In this document: positions 56,187 through 64,000 of the stretch, piece after piece
Position numbering within the stretch: the first letter of the stretch is position 1
How the letters are laid out: each line of letters opens with the position of its first letter
DNA from: an uncultured Thermotogae bacterium
GTDB taxonomy: Bacteria; Bipolaricaulota; Bipolaricaulia; UBA7950; UBA9294
Assembly (NCBI GenBank): GCA_964466035.1
Contig: CAYXLR010000002.1
Span: 67,206 to 131,205, forward strand
Direction of reading: 5' to 3'
Length of the DNA: 64,000 nucleotides
The notes under the pieces: model-generated
The model's input: only the letters and a program-made list of their open reading frames with translations
Database searches by the model: none
Told to the model about the DNA's origin: nothing
Translations under genes and position numbers: made by a program

Positions 56187-56900
56187 TCACGAGGGTCGGT
56201 GCGGAGCCCGTGCGTTGCCGGGGACGTGGCGATAGGAGCAGTCGAGCCGTGGGCACCCTTCGCAGGAGAACGGATGCTTCGCTTGCGTGACCCGCTCGCC
56301 GATCCCGATGACGAACGACACGCTCTTCGACGGCCGCATCAACAGGTGGGGCGTGAGCCGGACGCCGAGCGGATCCCTCGGCAGGTGGGCGAAGACGAGG
56401 CGCTGGTTTTCCAGCTCCCAGCCGCTCGCCCCCGCGCCCGGAGAGAACGCGCGGCTTGCGGACAGACCGCGCTCCTCGGCCCAGTCGAAGACGGCGCAGC
56501 CGAGGCGGTCGCTGATCTGAGACAGGGCGGTCATCGCGATCGCGTCGAGGATCATCGAGTCGATCAGCTCGCCCTTCCGAGATAACGTGCGGGCGTGCTC
56601 TTCGATCGCCCGCCCCGCCGTGCACAGCCCGAAGCAGAGAAACCGGGCTTTCCGAATCGGCGTCGGCAATGCGTCGATCTCCGCGTTCGAAAGCGATCTT
56701 GCGGCGACGTGGTGTCCGATACCCCGCGGTCGGATCAGCGATCGGCCGATCGGAATGGATTCCCGCACCCGTCCCTCGACGATCGCCGATCGGGAGAAGC
56801 CACCGCGCTCGAGCGTCGGCCAGACGGCATCCGCTCCGAGGTCGACGTCCGCGCCGTCGAGGTCGAAACGGCCTACGAGGGGACCGTCATGCTCCGCCAT
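56187..56900 (-). CDS. Stand-alone methionine-synthase activation-domain-like protein (Met_synt_B12 family)
   Basis: The block FSPGAGASGWELENQRLVFAHL...VRLTPHLLMRPSKSVSFVIGIG matches the conserved core of the MetH reactivation domain. The start is taken at MAEHDG (56900). Confidence 0.7.
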   Translation of the reverse strand: MAEHDGPLVGRFDLDGADVDLGADAVWPTLERGGFSRSAIVEGRVRESIPIGRSLIRPRGIGHHVAARSLSNAEIDALPTPIRKARFLCFGLCTAGRAIEEHARTLSRKGELIDSMILDAIAMTALSQISDRLGCAVFDWAEERGLSASRAFSPGAGASGWELENQRLVFAHLPRDPLGVRLTPHLLMRPSKSVSFVIGIGERVTQAKHPFSCEGCPRLDCSYRHVPGNARAPHRPS

Positions 56901-57093
56901 GCTTCCTCCCCTCCTCGCGGTCGCCGAGGCACGCGAGCGCAAGGAGACAGAATCCAGGATTGTGATGATTGAATCCAGTGGTGGTCGGTTGCACGCATCG
57001 CCCAAGTGAGTGCCGGAGCCGCGGCCGGCGCTCCTTGCTCTGCCCGAGGGCCGACACTACGATGAACGGAGCCACTCCAAGGGAAGGAGAAAC

Positions 57094-57891
57094 ATGTTCT
57101 TGGTCGTAGGGGAGCTGATCAACTCGACGAGGAAGCGGGTCGGGCAGGCGATCGCCGACCGGAACGAGGCGCACATTCGCGACCTCGCCCGACGTCAGCA
57201 CGAGGCCGGAGCGGACGTCATCGACCTCAATGCGGGCCAATCGATGGATCGGGAGCTCGACGATCTTCTCTGGCTCATCGAGGTGGTCGAGGAGGATCTC
57301 GGCCCCGACGTGCGGCTCGGGATCGACACGTCGGATCCTCACGTGATGGAGAAGGCGATCCGCCAGTGCTCCGGGCCTCCGCTGATGAACTCGGTCAGCA
57401 ACGAGCCGTCGAAGCTTCCGCTCCTCGGGATCGCCGCGGACTGCGACTGCGACGTCGTCGGCCTGGCGATGGGCGAGGCCGGCATGCCGAAGACCGCCGA
57501 CGACCGGGTCCGCGAAGCCGTGGCGCTCGTCGAGAAGTGCGAGACGGCGGGCGTGGCCCGCGAAAGGCTCTACGTCGATCTGATCTGCATGTCGGTCGCC
57601 AGCTCGCCGGAGCAGGGTCGGGAGGTGCTCGAGGCGCTCCGGCGGGTCCAGGGGGAGCTGTCGGTCAAGCCGCTCGTCGCGGTGAGCAACGTGTCGTTCG
57701 GGCTTCCGAATCGACGGCTCTTGAACCGGACGTTCCTCGGGATGCTGATCGAGGCCGGCCTCGTCGGCGCGATCCTCGATCCGACCGACCCGGGGATCTC
57801 GGAGACGATCTGCGCGGCTCGGGCGCTCCTCGGGACGGACGAGTACTGCATGGACTACATCCGGCACCATCGCGCGACGTCTCAGGCGTAG
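57094..57891 (+). CDS. Methyltetrahydrofolate:corrinoid methyltransferase (pterin-binding domain, AcsE/MetH-like)
   Basis: GGAAGGAG lies upstream. The sequence MFLVVGELINSTRKRV...GADVIDLNAG...NVSFGLP is typical of the pterin-binding barrel. Confidence 0.8.
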   Translation: MFLVVGELINSTRKRVGQAIADRNEAHIRDLARRQHEAGADVIDLNAGQSMDRELDDLLWLIEVVEEDLGPDVRLGIDTSDPHVMEKAIRQCSGPPLMNSVSNEPSKLPLLGIAADCDCDVVGLAMGEAGMPKTADDRVREAVALVEKCETAGVARERLYVDLICMSVASSPEQGREVLEALRRVQGELSVKPLVAVSNVSFGLPNRRLLNRTFLGMLIEAGLVGAILDPTDPGISETICAARALLGTDEYCMDYIRHHRATSQA

Positions 57892-57910
57892 GCGAGCGGG
57901 GGGATTCGGG

Positions 57911-59734
57911 ATGACGGAGGAATCCGGTAAGGATCGGCGCGGCACGGAAAGCGAGATCGTGCTCGTTCCGGACGGCGTGTCGCTGCGCGGTTCGCCCGGC
58001 TCGACGCTCCTTCAGGTCCTTCAAGAGAACGGCGTGCCGATCGCCGGCTCGTGCGGCGGGCAGGGAACGTGCGGCGAGTGCAGGGTCCGATTCGTGGGAC
58101 GCGCCCCGGAGCCGACGCCGAGCGATCTCGACCTTCTCGATCCCGGTTCGATCGCCGCCGGATGGCGGCTTGCCTGCGCCCACGCGGTGCAGGGAACGGT
58201 GAGAATCGAGGTTCGCGCGCCGGACGGCGATCTCGATCAGAAGGCGCAAGGCGACGCACGGGCTCCGGAGGGCGAACTCGATCCGGCCGTAACGTCGCGA
58301 ATCGTCGACGTGGCGAACCGGTCGCGGGAGGACCGGCGCCCGCTCGCGGAGCGGCTCGGGGAGGCGCGTTCCGGCGAGCCGCGGATCCCCCTCCACGTCC
58401 TTCAGCGACTGGCGAGCGCGCAGCGTACTGGGCCGCTGACCGTGATCGAGGCGGAGTGCGGGATTCTCGACGTGATCGCCGGACGGGTCGGTTCGGTCCA
58501 CGGTCTCGCGATCGACATCGGGACGACGACCCTCGCGGTCTACCTGTTCGATCTCGAGACGGGCCGCCAGCTCGGCGTTGCGGCGTCGAGGAACCCGCAG
58601 CAGCGGTTCGGCGCGGACGTGATCTCCCGGATCGCGCACGTGCGCCGGACGAAGGGCGAGGGGCTGACGGAGCTTCACGCGTCCGCGGTCGAAGGCCTGA
58701 ACGGGTTGATCTCCCGGATCGCGGGGGAGGCGTCCGTCTCGCCCGAGGTGATCTACCAGGCCACGGCCGTCGGCAATCCGACGATGCTTCACCTTCTCTT
58801 GGGGATCGATCCGAGGGGAATCGACGTGAGTCCGTACGTCCCCGTCTTCCGTCACGGGGTACGCTGTTCCGCGGGGGACATCGGCCTCGCCATCGCCCCG
58901 CGCGGCGTCGTGGAGACCCTCCCCGCGGTCTCGGCCTACGTCGGGGCCGACATCGTCGCGGGGATCCTCGCGACGGATCTGGAGGGAAGAGAAGGGAGCA
59001 CGCTCTTCCTCGACGTCGGGACGAACGGCGAGATCGTCCTCGCGCTCGACGGGCGGTTGATCGCCTGTTCGACCGCCGCGGGCCCCGCGTTCGAGGGCGC
59101 GTCGATCGTCCAGGGGATGGCCGCGCTCGACGGGGCGATCGAATCCGTTCGGGTGGTGGACGGGCACGTCGAGTGCACAGCGATCGGCGGCGCGCAGCTG
59201 GTCGGGCTCTGCGGGACCGGCCTGGTCTCCGCGGTCGCCGAGCTTTACGCGGCGGGCGTCATCGAACCGTCGGGGCGGTTCCGCGATCCCGGATCACCGC
59301 TGGCGGATCGTCTCGAGGGGATGCGGAAGGATCGTCGGTTCCGCCTGACGGACGGTGCAGCGGTCTACCTGCATCAGAGCGACGTCCGCGAGTTCCAGTT
59401 GGCCAAAGCGGCCGTCCGCGCCGGCATCGAGGTTCTCCTTCGGGGGGCCGGTCTGCCGGCGGAGAAGCTCGATCGTGTGCTCATCGGAGGAGCGTTCTCG
59501 GCCCGGCTGTCCGGCGAGCACTTGACGCGGACCGGACTTCTCCCGGAGATCGATCCTTCCCGCATCCACGTCGTGGGGAACACGGCCGGGTGGGGGGCGA
59601 AGCGCGTCCTCCTGAACCGCCGTCTGACCGCCGACGCGAAGCGGCTCGCGCGATCCGTAGAGTACGTCGAGCTTTCTGCCGACCGGAGCTTCCGCGACCT
59701 GTACGTCGCGCAGATCCCGTTTCCCGACGGGTGA
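57911..59734 (+). CDS. Corrinoid reductive activase-like protein (2Fe-2S ferredoxin plus ASKHA/DUF4445)
   Basis: The N-terminus has SCGGQGTCGECRV, a plant-type 2Fe-2S motif. ASKHA phosphate motifs are DIGTTTLAVYLFD and LDVGTNGEIVL. Confidence 0.8.
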   Translation: MTEESGKDRRGTESEIVLVPDGVSLRGSPGSTLLQVLQENGVPIAGSCGGQGTCGECRVRFVGRAPEPTPSDLDLLDPGSIAAGWRLACAHAVQGTVRIEVRAPDGDLDQKAQGDARAPEGELDPAVTSRIVDVANRSREDRRPLAERLGEARSGEPRIPLHVLQRLASAQRTGPLTVIEAECGILDVIAGRVGSVHGLAIDIGTTTLAVYLFDLETGRQLGVAASRNPQQRFGADVISRIAHVRRTKGEGLTELHASAVEGLNGLISRIAGEASVSPEVIYQATAVGNPTMLHLLLGIDPRGIDVSPYVPVFRHGVRCSAGDIGLAIAPRGVVETLPAVSAYVGADIVAGILATDLEGREGSTLFLDVGTNGEIVLALDGRLIACSTAAGPAFEGASIVQGMAALDGAIESVRVVDGHVECTAIGGAQLVGLCGTGLVSAVAELYAAGVIEPSGRFRDPGSPLADRLEGMRKDRRFRLTDGAAVYLHQSDVREFQLAKAAVRAGIEVLLRGAGLPAEKLDRVLIGGAFSARLSGEHLTRTGLLPEIDPSRIHVVGNTAGWGAKRVLLNRRLTADAKRLARSVEYVELSADRSFRDLYVAQIPFPDG

Positions 59735-59773
59735 GGCGCCGTTTCCTCGGCGAAACGTGTCGAAGTGGGTGGA

Positions 59774-60562
59774 TCAGTCGGCGCGCCGAACGAGCGACGG
59801 GAGGACGTAGGTCGTTCCGAGCTCCGGATGCTCGCCGACGACGGCGTCGACGCCGAAGACGCGGCGGACGTTCGCCTGCGTGAGGACCTCGTTCGGCGTC
59901 CCGCTCACGACGATCCGGCCGTCGCTCATCAGGGCGATCCGATCGGTCGCCTGCGCGGCGAGCGTCAGGTCGTGGATCGCGATCAGGACGGTCATCCCCG
60001 CCCTCGCTTGTTCCCGGACGATCGACATGAATCCGACCTGATGCCGGAGGTCGAGGTGCGTCGTCGGCTCGTCGAGGAGGAGGACGTTCGGCTCCTGGGC
60101 GAGGGCCATCCCGAGGAAGACGCGCTGGCGCTCGCCGCCGGAGACGGCGCGGATCGAGCGGTCGGCGAGCCCGTGGATGTCGGCGAGGTCCATCGCGCGC
60201 TCGATCGCCCTGCGATCGTCGCGCGACTCGCGCGCGAACCGCCCGCGGTGCGGAATCCGGCCCATCGCGACGACCTCTCGGACGGTGAAGTCGAACCCCA
60301 TCGGTCGTTCCTGCTCGACCATCGCGAGGCAGCGGGCGCGTTGCCTCGCCGACAGCGCGACGAGCGGCGACGCGTCGAGGCGGACGGTTCCGCTGTCCGG
60401 CCGAAGGACGCCCGAGACGACCTTCAGAAGCGTGCTCTTCCCGGAGCCGTTCGGGCCGATCAGCGCGACCGACTCCCCGCTCCGGACGTCGAGCCGGACG
60501 CCGCGCAGCGCCGGCGTCCGGCCGTCGTACGCGAACGAGACGCTCCGAACTTCGACGCGCAT
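59774..60562 (-). CDS. ABC ATP-binding protein, iron-chelate/cobalamin type (FecE/BtuD-like)
   Basis: Walker A is GPNGSGKST, the signature is SGGERQRV and Walker B is LLLDEPT. The ATG overlaps the permease stop. Confidence 0.85.
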   Translation of the reverse strand: MRVEVRSVSFAYDGRTPALRGVRLDVRSGESVALIGPNGSGKSTLLKVVSGVLRPDSGTVRLDASPLVALSARQRARCLAMVEQERPMGFDFTVREVVAMGRIPHRGRFARESRDDRRAIERAMDLADIHGLADRSIRAVSGGERQRVFLGMALAQEPNVLLLDEPTTHLDLRHQVGFMSIVREQARAGMTVLIAIHDLTLAAQATDRIALMSDGRIVVSGTPNEVLTQANVRRVFGVDAVVGEHPELGTTYVLPSLVRRAD

Positions 60563-61566
60563 CAGAGCCGCGCTCCTCGTGTCTTCAGCAGGTAGAGGAA
60601 GAACGGGGCGCCGAGAAACGCCGTGATCACCCCGACCGGCAGCTCGGCCGGCGCGAGGACCGTCCGTGCGGCCACGTCGGACCAGACGAGGAAGCACCCT
60701 CCGGCGAGGGCCGAAACCGGAATCAGCCGCCGGTGATCCGGTCCGACGAGCAGCCGCATCACGTGCGGGATGACCAGCCCGATGAAGCCGATCGTCCCCG
60801 CCATCGCGACGGCAGCGGCGGTCAGGGCCGTCGTCAGCACGAGGAGCCACCGGTACAGCGCGTCCGGGTTGACCCCGACGTGGAACGCGCCCTCCTCGCC
60901 GAGGGAGAGCGCGTTCAGATCGCGCGCGAGCACGATGACGCCGCCGATTCCGACGGCGACGATCGGCGCGAGGACCGCGACGGACGGCCAGCCGGCCCTG
61001 CCGAGCCCGCCCATGATCCAGAACAACACGTCGGACAGCTTCTCCCCGCCGGAGCTGAGGAAGATCAGGAAGCTGGTGACGGCGGAGAAGAGCGCCCCCA
61101 CGGCGACCCCGGCGAGGATCAGGGTGAAGATCGACGTCCGGCGGTCCCGTCCCCGGGCGAGCCCGTAGACGATGGCGACGGCCGCCGCGGCCCCGACGAA
61201 CGCCCCCAGAGGTAGGAGGAAGGCCGATCCCGTTGCGAAGAGGATCGCGAGCGCCGCGCCGGTCGACGCCCCGCTCGCGATCCCGAGGACGTACGGACTG
61301 GCGAGCGGGTTCCGGAACAGCCCCTGCATCGCGACGCCGGAGACGGCGAGCGCCGACCCGACGAGCAGGCCGAGCAGGACACGCGGGAGGCGGATCTGTC
61401 GGACGATCACGCGATGGACCGTCGAGACGGTCTCGTCGCCGAGGAGTCCCGCGAAGGCGTCGCGGACCGGGATCGTCACCGGTCCGATCACGATCCCTGC
61501 GAGAAGCGAGAGAACCGCGAGGACGGCGAGCCCGAACAGGATCCATCGTCCGCGTCGCCGGCCCAT
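60562..61566 (-). CDS. FecCD/BtuC-family ABC permease
   Basis: It is a 334-aa polytopic protein with family text such as RLPRVLLGLLVGSALAVSG and LPVGVITAFLGAPFFLYLL. Confidence 0.85.
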   Translation of the reverse strand: MGRRRGRWILFGLAVLAVLSLLAGIVIGPVTIPVRDAFAGLLGDETVSTVHRVIVRQIRLPRVLLGLLVGSALAVSGVAMQGLFRNPLASPYVLGIASGASTGAALAILFATGSAFLLPLGAFVGAAAAVAIVYGLARGRDRRTSIFTLILAGVAVGALFSAVTSFLIFLSSGGEKLSDVLFWIMGGLGRAGWPSVAVLAPIVAVGIGGVIVLARDLNALSLGEEGAFHVGVNPDALYRWLLVLTTALTAAAVAMAGTIGFIGLVIPHVMRLLVGPDHRRLIPVSALAGGCFLVWSDVAARTVLAPAELPVGVITAFLGAPFFLYLLKTRGARL

Positions 61567-61567
61567 G

Positions 61568-62440
61568 CTACGGCGCGGTTCCGTGGAGCGCTTCGATCAT
61601 CGCGAGGAGCGCCTCGACGACGCGGGTCGAGGCGGCGACGGACGCCCGGATCCCGACGACGCGGCCGCTGGCGACGGCGGAGACGCTCCGAAGGAGCGGA
61701 TGGTCGACGATGTTCTCGATCTGCGACGGCGCGGTGAAGATCACCTGCGGGTCGCGCGCGATGATCTCCTCGAAGCTGACCTGCCCCTGGGTATCCGGGA
61801 AGACGTTCGATCCGCCCGCGCGGAGGATCAGCTCGTTCTCGATCGCGTCCGAGCCCGCGGCGTACGGTGGATCGTCAGCGGACGAGGCGTACAGGAACGC
61901 GGCCGGGACGGTCGGCTGCCCGAGGGCGAGCGCCTCGGCCTCGACGATCTCCGACGCGATCCGCCCGATCTCTACGTCACTCTCGTCGACCGCGTCGATG
62001 GCTGTGCCGATCGTGTGGATCGTCTCGAAGATCGACGCGATGCTGGTCAGCCACGGCGTCGTCAGGACCGTGACGCCAGCCGCCTCGAGCGCCGGTCGCT
62101 CGCCGCCCCAGTCGGTCGCGCCGAGGACGAGGTCCGGCTCGTGGCCGAGGATCAGCTCGACGTTCGGCGCGTACGTCGGGCCGACGGAAGGCAGGTCGGT
62201 GACGGCCGCCGGGTTGTCCTCCGTCTCGCCGATCGCGATCAGCCGGTCGATCGCGCCGAGATCGACGACGATCTGCGCGTACAGTGCGCCGATCGCGACG
62301 ATCCGCTCGGGCGGGCGCTCGATCGTGATCTCCTGCCCGCGGTCGTCGACGACCGTGACCGGGAAAGCTTCAACGGTGGCCGAGAACGTGACGGCCAGGA
62401 GGACGACCGCGAGCCCGGCTGCGATGGTTGCTCTTCTCAT
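61568..62440 (-). CDS. Periplasmic binding protein (BtuF/FhuD class)
   Basis: It has a signal peptide (MRRATIAAGLAVVLLAVTFSATVEA) and the block ITIERPPERIVA...LGHEPDLVLG typical of class III SBPs. The track ORF is over-extended. Confidence 0.8.
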   Translation of the reverse strand: MRRATIAAGLAVVLLAVTFSATVEAFPVTVVDDRGQEITIERPPERIVAIGALYAQIVVDLGAIDRLIAIGETEDNPAAVTDLPSVGPTYAPNVELILGHEPDLVLGATDWGGERPALEAAGVTVLTTPWLTSIASIFETIHTIGTAIDAVDESDVEIGRIASEIVEAEALALGQPTVPAAFLYASSADDPPYAAGSDAIENELILRAGGSNVFPDTQGQVSFEEIIARDPQVIFTAPSQIENIVDHPLLRSVSAVASGRVVGIRASVAASTRVVEALLAMIEALHGTAP

Positions 62441-62460
62441 CGGGACCGTCCTTTCGGAAG

Positions 62461-62477
62461 TGGGATGTAACATCCCA
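62461..62477. promoter_or_regulatory. Perfect 8-1-8 palindrome TGGGATGT-A-ACATCCCA, candidate operator or hairpin
   Basis: It lies 21 nt upstream of the SBP ATG (62440), in the 88-nt gap after the winged-helix regulator gene. It is AT-richer than its surroundings. Confidence 0.4.
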
Positions 62478-62528
62478 GTTGGGCGCTCCATCGTACCCGA
62501 CGGGGGTGGGAGAGGCAAGTCGCGCGGG

Positions 62529-63140
62529 CTACCGAGCGGGTGCCAAAAGGGCGAGGACGGCGCGCCAGAGTCCGAGGCCGGCTTGCTTGACGTCCGCTCC
62601 GAAGGCGATCGGAAGGAAGTCTCCGTCGGACGGATCGGGGAACGCCGCACCGATCGCCTCGGCGTCCCGAGGATTGCGAAGGTCGACCGGCTCGCCGTCG
62701 TGGGCGAACGCCCATCCCTTCGGACCGTGCCGGAGGAGGAGAAGGCCGGTCGCTCCCTCGCGGACCGCTTCGTCACGGATCGCCCAGACGGAGTCCGTCA
62801 CGCCCGACGTGAGGTGCGCCCCAAGGCCGACGTCGTCCAGTCGAAGGGACGGCGACAGTCCGACCGAAGCGACCCGGGCGATCGGGCCGAGGAGGCCGCG
62901 GAAGTGCCGTCGACCGGCGGCGGTCAGCTCGACGCCCGAGCGCCGAAGCGTGACGAAGCCGCGGTCCCGCATCCGCTCGAGCTCGATCCGCACCGCCATC
63001 TCCGACAGGCCGGTCAGGACGGCGAGTCGGCGTCGGCCGAGTCGCGACCGGCTGATGTGATAGGCAAGCTGGAGCGCGACCGATTCGTCCACACCGACCT
63101 CCCGGGTTTGAAGTCTCACTTCTCGCGTTCGACCGATCAT
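62529..63140 (-). CDS. Putative winged-helix transcriptional regulator with an uncharacterised C-terminal domain
   Basis: The N-terminus ALQLAYHISRSRLGRRRLAVLTGLSEMAVRIELERMRDRGFV resembles a wHTH. The start is taken at MIGRT (63140). Confidence 0.5.
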   Translation of the reverse strand: MIGRTREVRLQTREVGVDESVALQLAYHISRSRLGRRRLAVLTGLSEMAVRIELERMRDRGFVTLRRSGVELTAAGRRHFRGLLGPIARVASVGLSPSLRLDDVGLGAHLTSGVTDSVWAIRDEAVREGATGLLLLRHGPKGWAFAHDGEPVDLRNPRDAEAIGAAFPDPSDGDFLPIAFGADVKQAGLGLWRAVLALLAPAR

Positions 63141-63216
63141 ACACCAACGAATCTCGAACCGGACCCGAGGACGCTGAGGACTAGACCTGCATTGCATTTT
63201 CACCTATATTGGGATC

Positions 63217-63843
63217 ATGGGACACGTCGACAGCGATCCATTCCATTCGGCGGCCGTGCCGCCGAGTGAGATTGCGGACGCTCTCCGGATCGTCTGCGAG
63301 CGGAACGGTCGTTGTCGGCTTCAGGACGGAACGGAGGTCTGCATCCGGCTGATCGAACCGACCGATGTCTCCGCGTGCACCGAGATGCTCGCCGCCTGCA
63401 CGCCGAGGAGCCTCTATTTCCGATACGAGCGTGTCGTCACCGAGCCGCTCGGCGCTCTGGCCGGGCGGCTCTGCTGCCCCGATCCGCAGACCGAGGTGAC
63501 GGTCGTCGCCGAGACGTGCGTCGACGGAGCACGCTCCCTCATCGGGGTCGCGCAGCTGCTCGCTGAGCCGGCGCACGAGGCCGCCGAGTACGCTGTGCTC
63601 GTCGCCGACCCGTGGCAGAGCAAGGGGCTCGGAGGCGCGTTCACCGACTGCTGCCTCCGGCTCGCTCACACCTGGGGCGTACGGCGCGTTCTCGTCGAGT
63701 TCCTCCCCGGCAACATGCGGATCATCCGCATCCTCGAGAAGCGGGCCTTCGACCTGTATCGAGACATGCAGGAGCACGCCGTTTCCGGACAGAAGCACAT
63801 CGACGAGGGCGACGCCGATCGGCTCGCCCGCTCCGCGCCGTAG
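63217..63843 (+). CDS. GNAT-family N-acetyltransferase
   Basis: The acetyl-CoA-binding block is VLVADPWQSKGLGGAF (Q/R-x-x-G-x-G/A). The layout resembles the GNAT domain of Pat-type protein acetyltransferases. Confidence 0.75.
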   Translation: MGHVDSDPFHSAAVPPSEIADALRIVCERNGRCRLQDGTEVCIRLIEPTDVSACTEMLAACTPRSLYFRYERVVTEPLGALAGRLCCPDPQTEVTVVAETCVDGARSLIGVAQLLAEPAHEAAEYAVLVADPWQSKGLGGAFTDCCLRLAHTWGVRRVLVEFLPGNMRIIRILEKRAFDLYRDMQEHAVSGQKHIDEGDADRLARSAP

Positions 63844-64000
63844 CCTCCTGTGCCGGGGCTGTAAACCTTGCGGTGTTCGCAGCGAATGGCACTTCACACG
63901 CGAACTGCGGGACGGACGCCCCGTTCTCGCAGACCGCTCTGCGAACACGGTGCCGAGCCCCGCCTCTCCCGGCCCCTCTCGCGAGATCGAGCCCCTAGGC

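Noticed and set aside
56901-57093. A cobalamin riboswitch upstream of the methyl-THF:corrinoid methyltransferase. The spacer has a duplicated GAATCCAG and GUGAUGAUUGAAUCC-like text.
   Set aside because: I could not find the B12-box/GCCACUG-type core or the expected conserved stems, so the resemblance is superficial. A cmscan would settle it.

Overview
This window reads as a very G+C-rich chromosome segment from about 12 kb to 64 kb, preceded by a visibly less G+C-rich accessory segment from 1 to about 12 kb. G+C was judged by eye and not computed. ACCESSORY SEGMENT: it is almost entirely one tightly packed minus-strand gene string. The string runs from a 1143-aa RecB/Cas4-like nuclease fused to an RNase-H-like domain and an SF1 helicase, to a small frameshifted helical protein, to a complete Shango-type set (TerB-N/TerB-C protein, DUF2791/BrxD-like ATPase, Lhr-like DEAH helicase), to a 4-TM protein. 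An orphan ribbon-helix-helix gene with a textbook promoter, a decayed B12-radical-SAM fragment and a cold-shock gene cut by the window edge follow. I found no integrase, transposase or tRNA. CORE SEGMENT, in order: (1) a pentose-phosphate/glycolysis string (pgl-zwf-rpiA-pgi-glk) with a sugar ABC importer; (2) a DeoR, SPS-like glycosyltransferase and P-loop kinase operon, divergent from GalT and a split OtsB1-like pair (beta-PGM/trehalose-phosphatase fusion plus GH65 phosphorylase); (3) DUF427, MATE, and a LolA-like protein with two FtsX permeases and an ABC ATPase; (4) acetamidase, amidohydrolase and guaA; (5) a secreted PLD-like/lamin-tail protein; (6) a putative beta-barrel protein, a 2154-aa Ig-like/thrombospondin-type-3-repeat giant protein and a Big_2 lipoprotein; (7) a signal-less [NiFe]-hydrogenase (small subunit, large subunit, maturation protease) translationally coupled to metV-metF; (8) a corrinoid methyl-transfer and reactivation set with a BtuFCD-like importer; (9) a winged-helix regulator and a GNAT. 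THINGS MOST WORTH A SECOND LOOK: (a) a four-unit array with a period of about 92 bp upstream of guaA, in which each unit mimics the guaA start and is chained to the next by stop/start overlaps; (b) the hydrogenase-MetVF operon; (c) the extended Shango string with the nuclease-helicase; (d) a promoter-to-terminator unit of about 165 nt and a hairpin-dense leader ahead of the surface-protein cluster. All calls rest on motif recognition and manual translation. No database search was run.
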